Positions 12,060 through 23,298 of a stretch of DNA of 64,000 nucleotides are shown here, piece by piece. The stretch is from assembly GCA_010015585.1 (NCBI GenBank), contig ML975154.1; one strand, 5' to 3'. Each line of letters starts with the position of its first letter. Position 1 is the stretch's first letter. The position numbers and the translations under genes are program-made. The stretch is from Eremomyces bilateralis CBS 781.70 (Eukaryota). The notes below the pieces were generated by a model. It had not been told where the DNA came from. It did no database searches and was given only the letters and a program-made list of their open reading frames with translations.

Positions 12060-14851
12060 ATGGAACCATCATCTCAACAATGTTCGACCCAGAAACCTGC
12101 GGAGACATCGCTTCCAACAATGAGCAGCCTATCGGGGGAGAAGATCGATGTCTTCAGGGCAATGGATGATGTCGCCCCACCTTCGCAGATTGTCAACGTT
12201 GAAGCGAAGAAGTACCCCGTACAACACATCGGCATGGTGAAACGCACCAATCCGCTCCAGGTTCAGGGGAGGCTTCTTTCATTGGAGTCATGCAAAAAGT
12301 GCCCCCCCATTCCAACAAATAAGTTCTGGGCAAACTTCATCCTGGGAGGGCAATCCCAGCCTGTTTGGACACAGCCGTACTCGTTGACTTGGTCGAAGGG
12401 AAGTGGGGATACGAAAAGCTATGGGATGAGTATCACGCATATCGAGAGACAGCAGGTTCTGTTTGGTCCGCTGCAAGACAATGGGGCCCCGGAGTACTAT
12501 TCCAATCCCACTGGTTTGCGGCATACTGTCTAATAGGGAGCCCAGTCAGGCTGATGCCAAACAGGGATCCAGTCTATCATTTTATCCGCCTTGGAGCTCA
12601 AACAGGATACAGTACTTAAGACCGATTCGCATTCCGAATTTAGCTGCAATGCAAATCTAGGACCCACCGGCGGACAAAGTCATGCTCTCACATTCCCAGT
12701 GGTATGTAACCGACCTACCGAACAATATGGGCCAAGAACAGTAACGTGGCGCTAGGTCATGGGGATGGGCTTCATAACGGCCTTGTGCTACTCTTGCACT
12801 CCGTCCATCGAGTCGTCAGTGGGAATCTCCACGTTCGCGGCATGTAACACCATTTCAAACACCATCTCTAAATACCATATGTCCTTGTATGATGGTAAGT
12901 TCACCGGATTTTCCACAGGTTGCATTCCAGTTGACCGGGTTTCATATAGGAACGAATTGGGTGCTGTATGCCACGCCCTCGCCAGATTCTGTTAACAGTC
13001 CTGTTCTGTTCAACTTAGGAACCACTGGCCTAGTTCAAGGACCCGAAGCCTTTACAGGAACAGTGCAGATTGCAAAAATCCCACTCGGTGCCACTGATGA
13101 GATATTCGACAAGAGTGCAGGCACATATGCAATCGGAACAACAATTTCCAGCACCGTGACGGGGAAGACTGGGGAGTACACGTTCAAGTTTGAGAAACGG
13201 GGGGATACCTCAAAGCCACTGTTAATGTGAGATTAATCAATCCAATCTATGCCAGGGAAGTGTTAACGATCATCAGGTACGCTCTTCCACATCTTGTCGA
13301 TTCCTTCGACGAAACAACAGCCAAAGCGAAGACGCCCTTACAGCTCGTCTCCCCGACCAAAGGCAGAGCAACGGGAGTCCTCGCTGATCAATGGACTATG
13401 GTCGAAGACAGCCTCCCAATGGACATTGGCTTGTTTCCGTGGTCTCCCGGGAATCCTGCTCCTAGCCTTTCTCTCGTGGCCATTGATGAAATCAAATCTG
13501 CGGCAGTGATAGAGGTGGAACAGAATCTTCACGAGCAGGCTTACCGTGATAGCATGTACTACTCCGGGAAAGCGTTCGGAAAGTGGGCTATGATGACCTG
13601 CGCCCTTGATCTTGCAGGTCTCACTGAGCTACGAGACAAATGCCTGGCTAAACTGAAGGAAGAGTTCGCGCTGTTTGTTCAGAACAAGCAGGAAAACCCC
13701 TTGGTATATGACCAGATGTTTAAAGGGATTGTCTCCAGCGCGGGATATGTCAACAAAGAGAAGGACTTCGGTGGAACACTTTACAATGACCACCATTTCC
13801 ACTATGGTAAACAGTTCTTTTTGGTAAACCGATCCAGCGCAGCTGACATCTCTCTTCATCGTAGGATATTTCGTCTACACAGCTTCAGTATTGGCCACGT
13901 TCTTCCCGTCCTGGCTTGGCGAAGGAAGAAACAAGGCCTGGGTCGATTCGCTTCTCCGCGACTTTGCAAATCCGATCACTGATAAGCATTATCCCTCTTC
14001 GCGAGCCTTCGATTGGTGGCATGGCCATTCATGGGTGAGTATCTGGCCTTGTTGAATTCTTGACCGACCCCGTTCGGTTCTGATTCGGATGCTCACATGA
14101 ACCAGGCAAAGGGGCTTTTCGAAAGCGGCGATGGCAAGGACCAAGAGAGCACCAGTGAAGATAGCTTCGCATCCTATGCCGTGATGATGTACGGCCGGGC
14201 TTCCAACGACCGAGCTATAGAGAGTCGTGGCGCGCTCATGCTTGCCATCCAGCGCCGGGCATTTCATGCGTACTTCTTGATGAAGGACGATAATCCGAAT
14301 CAACCGGAGCAGTTCATTAAGAATCGTGTGCCGGGGATCTTGTTCGAGAACAAGTGCCACCATACCACTTACTTCGTATGTGGTCTACCAGCCGCGGTGG
14401 TTCTGGCGTCGATAACTGACTTTGTTCCCTAGGGCGCGAATAGTGAGTTCATTCAAGGCATTCACATGCTTCCCGTTAGCGCTGTGTCCGCCTACACTCG
14501 ACAAAGGGACTTCGGTAAGGGAATAAATTAATAACAATACTATTCACTGACAGTCATCCCAGTGGAACAAGAGTGGAAGACTTACTTCGGTAACGGGCGC
14601 GCGGAGAAGGTCGAAGGCGGCTGGCGGGGGATCCTGAAGTTGAACCAATCGATAATCGACCCGGATGGGGTATTCCGTTTCTTCAGTGCTCCAGATTTCA
14701 ACATGGATCTCCTAGATTCTGGGCAGTCCAGGCAGGCGTCGACTCCTCAAGACCTTGAATGAATATGTGCTAACGCCGCATCAGAACTTGGTCCCTGGCG
14801 TACAGTGCCGCTCTCCGCGGAGGACCGGTTAATTATGGTGTGCCGAATTAA
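12060..14851 (+). CDS. GH81 endo-1,3(4)-beta-glucanase (Acf2/Eng2-like, no obvious signal peptide), 9 exons
   Basis: Motifs PIPTNKFW, MGMGFIT, YALPHLV, YNDHHFHYG, FDWWHGHSW-AKG, DGKDQESTSED, GIHMLP. Consecutive short introns join the ORF-track fragments in frame; stop TAA at 14849-14851. Confidence 0.93.
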
Positions 14852-14968
14852 CGGCAGTGTACAAGGTCCTAAGGAACTTAGAAATTGCTTTGGAATATTC
14901 CCTAGTCCGGACGGCTTGGTCCATTATCATTGATATATTGATGTACTTTTCCTAGCAGCCTTAAAATC

Positions 14969-17788
14969 CTACAAAAGAGGCTTCTCCAACGGCGCAATAA
15001 CCTTCCCAGGCTTGACCATAACCCTCGGCTTCGGCTTGTCCATTGACCACTCCCTCCCCATCGGCATTCGAATGCTCCGCTCGTACTCATCCCTGTCGGT
15101 GAACGGAAACGGCAGCGTCGACGCCAGATACGCCGCGTTCTTCTTCACCCGCTTCTCGTTCACAATCACGTTCTTCAGCCGCGCGTCTTTCCGCGCCTCC
15201 GGCCGGATCCCCTCCACCTTCGTCAGGAACCGTCCCTTCCCCTTTGCCTTCTCCCGCTTGCTCACCCCCTCGCCCGCCCAGTTGCCCCACCCCGGAAGCG
15301 TGTTGTCGACCACCTTGTCGTCTTCGTCGGCGATGGTCGTTTGCTTCTCCTTGGAGAAATCTTCTGCGAGGTCCGTGCCGGCGAACGCTTGCTGCACGAG
15401 CGCGTGGTTGCGCTTCATTGCGTCGGTGAGGCCGTCGTCTGAGGAGTCGGATTCGTTCGCATCTTCAGTCAGGCGGATATCGACCGCCTCTTTGGTTCTG
15501 GTAGGTCGCGCGCCGTTTGCTGTCGCTTTGGGTTTGGATCCGTTCGGAGTAGGCAAGAGGACATCGGTGGACGGTCCCATCTTCTCAGCGGAAGACGTTG
15601 ATTTCGATTTCTTGCCCTTGCCCGGAGCCACGGTTGGAGCCCATGGATTGTCCTCCACGACCAGTTCGACGTAGTCATGCTTTTCGGGCTTCTCCTTCGC
15701 CGCGTTTCTGAGTGGCTGAGCACGGCTACCCTTCTTTTGGCGTTTTTCAGTGACGACTACGTCGTCAGTCTGGCCTTGCTCCTTCTCCTGATCCGAAGCG
15801 TCCGGCTCCTCGAACTCGTTGCGTTGACTTTTCAAAATGACCCCAGGAGCGATCTCTGATGCAGGCCCGAACTTCATGCGCCCAGCGGACGGACCAGCTT
15901 CCGCATCGCTGTCCGAGCTGCCGGAATCCCCGTCCAACTCTTTGCGAAGCTCCGCGATCGCCGCGTCGTTCTCGGCCTTCTTTGCCGCCTCGGCTCTTTG
16001 CATAAACTTTAGCGAGCCGAGTGTCGAGCCCGAGCCAGCGTCCCGATCAGCGTCCTGTAGTCTAGATAGCGTTGAATTGATCTTCTTCCTCGCGGTTTCG
16101 TCATCATCGCTGTCATCGTCCTCGTCATCATCAAACTCGGACCCGATGTCGCTCGCCTCATCATGGATTGTCTTGCCCTCGATCCTTCTCCGTAGTTCTT
16201 CATTGCGACGGGCCATCTCCACGATGCCTCCCCTTGCGTCCTCATCCCAAACCGACCGACCACTCTCCTTCATCGCCTTCGCCCACTTGCTCTCCCGGTG
16301 CTTCGCACCCATCCGCTCCTCTGCCCGCCGGCGATCATTCTTGTCCCGATCCTCGTCCGAGTCATACAAGCCCGCAGCGGCCAGCGCATCCTTCTCCTGC
16401 TGCGCAGCCCGCTCGCGGTCTTTTCGATGAACGCGGCGGAAGGATTTGCTCTTGATCTTCTTGAGGCGTTTCGCTTTGATCTCCTCGCGGAACAGCAAAT
16501 CGCGTTGCCTTCGTAGATCCGCGCGCGCCGCGAGGACCTCGTCCACGGACATTTTCTTCTCCTGCAGCTCTTCGAAGTGCTTGATTGCTTCTTCGTCCGC
16601 CTTCCCATCCGCTGAGACTAGCCCGCTCTCGCGGAGAATGTTCTGCACGGTACTTTCTAGATCGTTGAGAGGCGTGGTGGCGTCCGCAGGGAGCAGCTTG
16701 GTCTTTCCAAATGGCTCAGAGGCGTTGGGGTCGCGCAGGGGGAACTGGAGGTGTTCGGCACGACGGTTCTGTTTGACGGTTTCAACCCATCGGTCCAGCG
16801 TCTCTTTTGCCTTCTCGTTTGCAGCGACTCGATCCATATGGTCCTGCTTGCGCTTTGGAAGGGGGGCCTCGAGCTTTCCTAATGCACCTTTCGCAGGTTT
16901 GTCTTTTGCCATGCTCTTCAGCGACTTCCTCATGGCGGGGTCGGCAATTGTTGGTAGCAAATCATCGATAGTCAGCTTCTTGTTCGCGGTGATGCCGAAC
17001 GCCGACATGGGTTGATGTTCGTATCGATCCACACCACGGGATTGCTTTGATTTGGACATCTCTTGAGGCTGCATCGACGAGATGAGATCGTGTAGTTGAG
17101 TGATTTTCTCTTTATCTTGGTCCTCGTCTTCTTCCGCATCCGAATCTTCGTCTTCGCTAGAAGCGTCGTCCGATCCTTCTGACTCCTCGTCCCCTGAACC
17201 GGCAGATTCGTCGTCCTCACTGTCGGAACCCTCTTTGTAGTTGTCAAGCATAGTCGCAAGGTCGACAGCATCTTCGCCCAGGCTCGAGTCGTCGCTATCG
17301 GAACCCATCTGCTCGTCGTCTTCGTCCAGGTTTATGTCCTTCTCGTCTCTCGCCTTCTTTTGCGGTCGCTTGCGGTTCTTTGAGCTGGCTCGAAAAGTAA
17401 AATCGGCGAATCGCTCTTCATCGCTTTCGCCAAAGGCTTCGTCGCTGTCGATTTCGCTATCATCATCGGCGCTAACATATCCCATCTTCCAGGTATTGCC
17501 CTCGCTATCCTCGCCCTCAGAAATGGAACCATAGCGCTCCCTGCGTGCTTGCTCTTTCTCAGACTCATCGTCCTCTTCCTCGTCCTCAATACGTCTTCGC
17601 TTAGGGTGCCGGGCCTCATCATCTTCAAGCTGGCCTAGTCGATGTGCGGGAATTCGTACGTCTTCCGCCTCCTCGGCTCCGGCAAGCGAGAAGGCATTCA
17701 AACTTCGCTTTTGTGCAGCGCTGGTCCTTTTTTGCTTTGGAGCTTTCGGCTGTGTAGTACCAGATGGTCTAGAGATCCGCCGTGCCAT
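14969..17788 (-). CDS. UTP14: U3 snoRNA-associated protein 14 (SSU processome)
   Basis: 939-aa acidic ORF with KAKRLKKIKSKSFR, RAEERMGAKHRESKWAK, TLPGWGNWAG and YERSIRMPMGREW. Confidence 0.93.
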   Translation of the reverse strand: MARRISRPSGTTQPKAPKQKRTSAAQKRSLNAFSLAGAEEAEDVRIPAHRLGQLEDDEARHPKRRRIEDEEEDDESEKEQARRERYGSISEGEDSEGNTWKMGYVSADDDSEIDSDEAFGESDEERFADFTFRASSKNRKRPQKKARDEKDINLDEDDEQMGSDSDDSSLGEDAVDLATMLDNYKEGSDSEDDESAGSGDEESEGSDDASSEDEDSDAEEDEDQDKEKITQLHDLISSMQPQEMSKSKQSRGVDRYEHQPMSAFGITANKKLTIDDLLPTIADPAMRKSLKSMAKDKPAKGALGKLEAPLPKRKQDHMDRVAANEKAKETLDRWVETVKQNRRAEHLQFPLRDPNASEPFGKTKLLPADATTPLNDLESTVQNILRESGLVSADGKADEEAIKHFEELQEKKMSVDEVLAARADLRRQRDLLFREEIKAKRLKKIKSKSFRRVHRKDRERAAQQEKDALAAAGLYDSDEDRDKNDRRRAEERMGAKHRESKWAKAMKESGRSVWDEDARGGIVEMARRNEELRRRIEGKTIHDEASDIGSEFDDDEDDDSDDDETARKKINSTLSRLQDADRDAGSGSTLGSLKFMQRAEAAKKAENDAAIAELRKELDGDSGSSDSDAEAGPSAGRMKFGPASEIAPGVILKSQRNEFEEPDASDQEKEQGQTDDVVVTEKRQKKGSRAQPLRNAAKEKPEKHDYVELVVEDNPWAPTVAPGKGKKSKSTSSAEKMGPSTDVLLPTPNGSKPKATANGARPTRTKEAVDIRLTEDANESDSSDDGLTDAMKRNHALVQQAFAGTDLAEDFSKEKQTTIADEDDKVVDNTLPGWGNWAGEGVSKREKAKGKGRFLTKVEGIRPEARKDARLKNVIVNEKRVKKNAAYLASTLPFPFTDRDEYERSIRMPMGREWSMDKPKPRVMVKPGKVIAPLEKPLL

Positions 17789-17933
17789 TTTGAGGTAAAA
17801 TTCGAAAGAGAGTGCTGATAATGATGGGTACCGCTGTTCGAAAACGGGATCAAGGGAATTTTAAGTCGAAATTCCAACTCCTTTGCCAAGATTTCGAGGG
17901 AAAGAATTGAACCCTGAAAGCTAATCCCTGTAG

Positions 17934-17953
17934 GTCACGTGCACGGTCACGTG
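17934..17953. promoter_or_regulatory. Two GTCACGTG E-boxes (Cbf1-type) in the divergent UTP14/mL41 promoter
   Basis: GTCACGTG at 17934-17941 and 17946-17953 in the 300-bp gap between the two start codons. Confidence 0.55.
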
Positions 17954-18088
17954 AAACCCGCTATTCTTCAAATTCTAGATATCAGGTTCCCTTGAGATAT
18001 CAGGATTCAGGTTAACGTATCGGCTGTCAGTCAACCGTTCAATTGTCGTCCTGCGGTCCACCCGCCGACGCTCTCTCATCCCTCCATA

Positions 18089-18536
18089 ATGTTCACACCG
18101 ACTATGCCGCTGTCGCGGGCTCTTCGCCGCCTCGCCCTGACCACGAAGAGGGCCAGGAAAGGCTTCTACAAAGGCACAGGAACCGGATCGATGGGCCATT
18201 TCAATCAACACGCGGACGGTCGGCCAAGATTCCCTTTCGCGATTTACCGAGTGGATTACTCGAAGGTGCGGACATATGTGCGTCCGATGTACCTCGATGA
18301 TTGCATGGTGAGTCCGCCGGGTTGAACGATGCCAGAATCCGTCGCTAAACCAGGTTATCCTTCAGCTCACGCCCTTCGTTGCAAGAGGACATGGAATCGC
18401 CTCTACTTCGAATCCAGACAAGCCGCGCACGCTGAGGAACCCGTATTACTATGACGAGAAATATCCCTACATGAAAGATAGGTGGAGTGGGAGGTTTTAC
18501 CTTCATCGGTGGAAGAAGGAGTTAGGCGAGGAGTGA
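18089..18536 (+). CDS. MRPL27: Mitochondrial ribosomal protein mL41 (MRPL27 family), 2 exons
   Basis: LTTKRARKGFYKGTGTGSMG, KVRTYV; intron 18308-18365 (GTGAGT..CAG) then LTPFV...; stop TGA at 18534-18536. Confidence 0.88.
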
Positions 18537-18903
18537 GGAACAGGAAGGCTGGACGAATTGAGAGCGAAGAGGCGCGAATTATTGGCATTAAACCGGGCAA
18601 GGGGATAACTTGCATATGGGACGGCGTTTTGAATCCAGTGTAAAATTATGTTAGAGTTGTTGGAGGGGCTACGGAATCCAGCGTTTGGACGGCATATCCA
18701 TGGCACCAGGGCTTGGTACTGTATATTTATGTCGTGATAGAACTCGCCCAGAACACAATGCTGGAACATTTTTTGAACTCACCCACCACAACATGGCTCG
18801 CCTTTGAGCAACTATAATAGTCCCTATGCCCAACGTATAATCGAAATGTTTTCCCCTCCATAACCTGGCCGTTTCCTTTCACATCAACCTCGAGATTCCT
18901 CCG

Positions 18904-19782
18904 ATGGCGTCCAAGACTCGTCTGACGCCGATCCTCCGAGCAGTGCTTCTCCGCCCTCGAGCGTTCTACATTGGAAGATACCCATCCACCCGACATTTCC
19001 ACTCGGGTACCCCGAGAAACAATGCTAGCAATATCCCCACCTCCGTCGACCATACCGAAATAAGCCATTTCAATGCGCTGGCCTCCAGCTGGTGGGACGC
19101 CCATGGCCCATCTCGACTTCTCCACCTCATGAACCCTCTCCGCCACGACTTCATTACCCGATGCCGGGCATCCTCCGAAGCTCGTCCACACAAAAAACTG
19201 CGATACCTAGATATAGGGTGCGGCGGCGGAATCTTCGCCGAGAGCGCGGCGCGACAGTCGCACACCGCCAGCGTGACCGCCATCGACCCATCGGAGTCGG
19301 TCATCCAGGTCGCCAAAGATCACGCGAGGCGCGATCCGCTGCTGATGGAGCCGGGGCGGCTGACCTACATAAACACGGCGATTGAGAAGCTGCCGGTCCC
19401 TACAAGCGAGGCGGAGCAATACGACATCGTCACGGTCTTCGAGGTCATCGAGCACGTGCCGTATCCGTCGTCCTTCTTACTGAAGGTCATGCCGCTAGTC
19501 AAACCGGGTGGATGGATCATCATGAGCACGATCTCGCGGACGTGGATGAGCTGGTTGACTACGAACCTCATCGCGGAGGATATCGTGGGGATCGTGCCGA
19601 AAGGCACCCACGATTGGAATAAATATATCAATGATAGCGAGCTGCGGGGTTGGTTCGCCCAGCAAGATGGATGGTCGAATTCGAGAACCATGGGGGTCGT
19701 CTACGTCCCGGGGTTGGGATGGAAGGAAGTTCCAGGAAGTGAGAGCGTGGGAAACTACTTCTTCGGCATTCAAAAGATATAG
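18904..19782 (+). CDS. COQ3: Ubiquinone biosynthesis O-methyltransferase, mitochondrial
   Basis: Arg-rich presequence; WWDAHGPSRLLHLMNPLRHDFI; SAM motif LDIGCGGGIFAES; EVIEHV; VPKGTHDW. Confidence 0.95.
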   Translation: MASKTRLTPILRAVLLRPRAFYIGRYPSTRHFHSGTPRNNASNIPTSVDHTEISHFNALASSWWDAHGPSRLLHLMNPLRHDFITRCRASSEARPHKKLRYLDIGCGGGIFAESAARQSHTASVTAIDPSESVIQVAKDHARRDPLLMEPGRLTYINTAIEKLPVPTSEAEQYDIVTVFEVIEHVPYPSSFLLKVMPLVKPGGWIIMSTISRTWMSWLTTNLIAEDIVGIVPKGTHDWNKYINDSELRGWFAQQDGWSNSRTMGVVYVPGLGWKEVPGSESVGNYFFGIQKI

Positions 19783-19871
19783 ATGGTTCATGGTGGTTGT
19801 CTCGACCAAAATCTGGGATCGGAATTATACAGATCTATATGTACACTACTGTAGGAAAATCAAGAGCGGAA

Positions 19872-22691
19872 TCATTCTATCGGCTCCTCCTCTAATAATA
19901 TCTTGAAACTGAACGGCTGGAAGGGAATCTGGTCATGGTCAGCGATTGCACGGCAATATTCAAGAGAGTACTCACCCCATCCCCAATAAAATGCTTGCTC
20001 ATGGCCTCAACCCAGTGGAGACGCAAACTATGCAACATAGCGCTCGTGCCTTCCATGATACACAAGACGAACACTGTGAGTGTGAACCAGAGGTAGAACA
20101 GGCAGACAGTAGCAAAGACTCCCTTGGCACCGGTCATGCTAAATGCAGTATTGAGGGTCATGTCCCAGAGCACGATGGAAAGCTGCTGATGAGCAAGTGA
20201 AAGGGCCCAAAGACGGAGGTAAGACGCAGTATGAGAAACGCAATTGAGGCAGAATTCTGTGGTCAGAGTTAGCAGGAAATTGCAGAAGAGCCGGATATGA
20301 CATACCAATGGTGTGGATGACTTGGTGGATCATAGCCTCGGAGAACTCGAACTCCTCATGCTCGCCTTGATCGATATCCTGAGTGATCATAGCCACACCC
20401 TCGTCATCATCTCCATAGCTGTCCCGGCCACCGTTAAGCGTTTGGCCTTCTTCATCGTCGTCATCGTCCAAGGCGCTGACTCGCGTGCTCTCTCCGATGC
20501 CGCGATATCCCAAAGCACGTGCGCGGTTGTGCTCCCATCGCTCATAGAATGGCTTCAGGAAGAGCATAATAGGAACGCATATGACAGCAAGGAGGATGAG
20601 AATGACTTGAACAGTCCCTTGGCCGCGATAAAGAGGCGCTTCGATCGTGCCGGGAGATAAGAACATGTAGATCAACATGTTCAGGAGTCCGGGCGGGGCT
20701 TGGCCAATCGCGTACCAATCAATGGTCCATTTGTAGACTATGGCGAAGACCAAGTAACCGAAGATCGACTGGAAGAAGATCATGCCAGGGACGAAGTTGG
20801 CCCAGATATCGATTGGCTTCTTAAAGTGCCGTGCGTTTACGAAGGAGAGGACCAAAGAACATGTCATCTAGACTGGTTAGCGTTGGATCAAAAACAAACG
20901 AGGGGAATCTTACGTGGGCCCATCCGAGGAGAATACTGAGCTTCATCTTGTAGCTGTTGGAGAACAAGAGATCGTTCTCCGTGTCATGCCAGCCCCAATC
21001 CAGGCCAAATGGATAGGTATAGCCCTCTACACGCGTTGCCTGAACACTGTCGCCCACTTCAAAATCTGTTGGCCACTTCCACATGGAAGGGAAGATGGCC
21101 AGTTCTTTGGAGAATGCGTCACAATAAATGAGACCGGTGTAGATCGAGAAAATTCCCATCATGAGCATGATGTATCGGCCATAGAATGCCATCGAGAACA
21201 GCTCGTCCAATTTGCTTCGGAGAAGCTTCCTTTCAAAAAATATCATCGCACAGGCAGCGAGGGTCATGATGAGGCCATGTCCAAAGTCGCCGAACATAAC
21301 GGCGAACAGGAATGGGAAGGTGACGATTGTAGGAAGACCAGGATTGACTTCGGTGTACTTGGCGGTGCCATAAGCATCGATGATGGTTTGGAACGCCAGA
21401 GTGAACCTGTTCGTCTTGACGTATGTGGGCGGTGTCTTGGTTGTGCGGACCTGGTTGACGATGGTAGGAACCGAAAGCCCAGCGCGATCGTTCACATCCT
21501 GCAGAGTCGACTTGATCAATCCCAGACCGCTTGTAGGACACCAGGCTTCAGCGATGAGCGTCTTCCTAGCATGATCGTACGACAGCTTGTTCATGGTCTC
21601 GTAAACCGCCTTCTCTTTCTTAACGATCACCATCCAGGCAGCAAGGCTTCGACCGATTGCAGTGAGCTCAGCGTCAAGAGTCGTCTTTGTATTCCGCAAG
21701 ACAGATTCCAGGTCACTAAGGCGAGAGTTGACCTCATGTATTTGGTCACGACGTAGCTCGCTGTTTTCATCAACGTTGTACAAGTCGGCACCGAGAGACT
21801 CGGAGATCTTGCGAATCTTGGCAATGATTTCCTTTCCATGAGCGAAGATGACGAACACATTCTTGCTGATTTCTTCGTTGGTCTCGGGGTTGATGATAGG
21901 CTCTGGAATCTCGGATTGGTTCATGTAGAGATTCCCACGAAGCGTTCGCCAGAGGATACGTTCGAAGGATGGCATACGCTCTCGAGGAATCACGCCAGCC
22001 ACGAACCCAATATTCATTACCGAAAATGATGCCTCCCCTTGGGCATCACCGGACAACGTAGGCTGTTCGACGTCGCGAAGAAGAGGAGCATCGTCGTCAT
22101 CGACAGAATGGCGGATTTCGTCGGTCTGTCCTCGAGCTCGGTCAAAGAAGCCCCCAGCTTCACGAAGCACCCAACGCCACTCCGTCAAGTCTACTTCACG
22201 CTTCTTCAGAGTCTCGTAACTCTCGTTTAAGGATGCAATACGGTTTTCCAAGCTTCCGGCCCTTTCGCTCAGCTCGTCGATTTCGGAGGCGGTGGGAGCA
22301 GCGAAGGTATTGTTGAATTCATAGATGGATCTCATCGGAATAGCCGCTTTGTCCATCTGGGCATGGAAATATCCTGAGCAGCATTAGCAAAATTATTGAG
22401 GGCAGAGATGGTAGACCTCCATACGCAGCTGGCGTTCTACGTTGTCAAGTCGGCGGATCTCTTGGGTAAACGTTCGCTGAAAGGCAGTTGTTTCCGAGTT
22501 CAGCTGTGGGATTCCCGTTAGCTCACTATACACACCCAATAACTTGCACTCCATCTACATACATCTCGGAAGTCCATGACACCGAGCTCTCCAAGGGCGC
22601 TGACGACTTCACGCCCTATCTCGTTGGCGATGTAGAGCTGGGTCAAGGACATCTCCGCCGAGCGGAAGAACGTATCCTTGTGAGGAGCCAT
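19872..22691 (-). CDS. VPH1: V-ATPase V0 subunit a, multi-exon
   Basis: [12 protein letters not shown] start; [43 protein letters not shown] (essential Arg); [10 protein letters not shown]; last exon IPFQPFSF...EPIE*. VPH1 versus STV1 cannot be separated by eye. Confidence 0.95.
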
Positions 22692-22861
22692 CTTGATTCG
22701 TAGCCTCGTAGGCAAAGGACCAAGATAATGCTTTGCTCCTCTCGATTTCGGGATAACACGGCGGTTAACGATGAGAACGGAGGTCTTGTATGTTGAATCA
22801 CTCACCAGAATGCATCTGCCTAAGACAGTTGGACTGAAGCTTGGGAGCTGCCGTCATGAAT

Positions 22862-22917
22862 GTCACGTGCATTAATATACGCTAACCCTCATTCGATAAG
22901 GAGTCGAGTGTCACGTG
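22862..22917. promoter_or_regulatory. Two GTCACGTG E-boxes upstream of V-ATPase subunit a
   Basis: TGTCACGTGC occurs twice; the GTCACGTG cores are at 22862-22869 and 22910-22917, about 170-225 bp upstream of the ATG. Confidence 0.5.
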
Positions 22918-23298
22918 CCTTGAATCTCCGAAACTCCGATCAATTTCCGACGTCAGCGAAATGAAGTCAACAACGTCAACGTCAACAACGATATCAATAA
23001 GAGCAACAACGTTGTGTAATGGATGTTGGTAAATCACACCTGCACGTAGATAAATCTGCTTACACTATTCTGCGTTCCCTAAAATTTGGCTTTGTGGTAG
23101 CTGCCTCTAGTAAATTCTTGCAAATGAAGTGTTACGGTTTCTTAGAATTTTTCCTAAGTCTTTCTCATCAGCGATTTCCGATCGGTACAATACACGAACT
23201 CCTAATGCCGACTTCGCATACCGCGAGCATGACCGGAACGCCTCACAATGCCACCTGGATAATCTCAGAATCTCCCTCTCCACCATGATGAGTCAATT

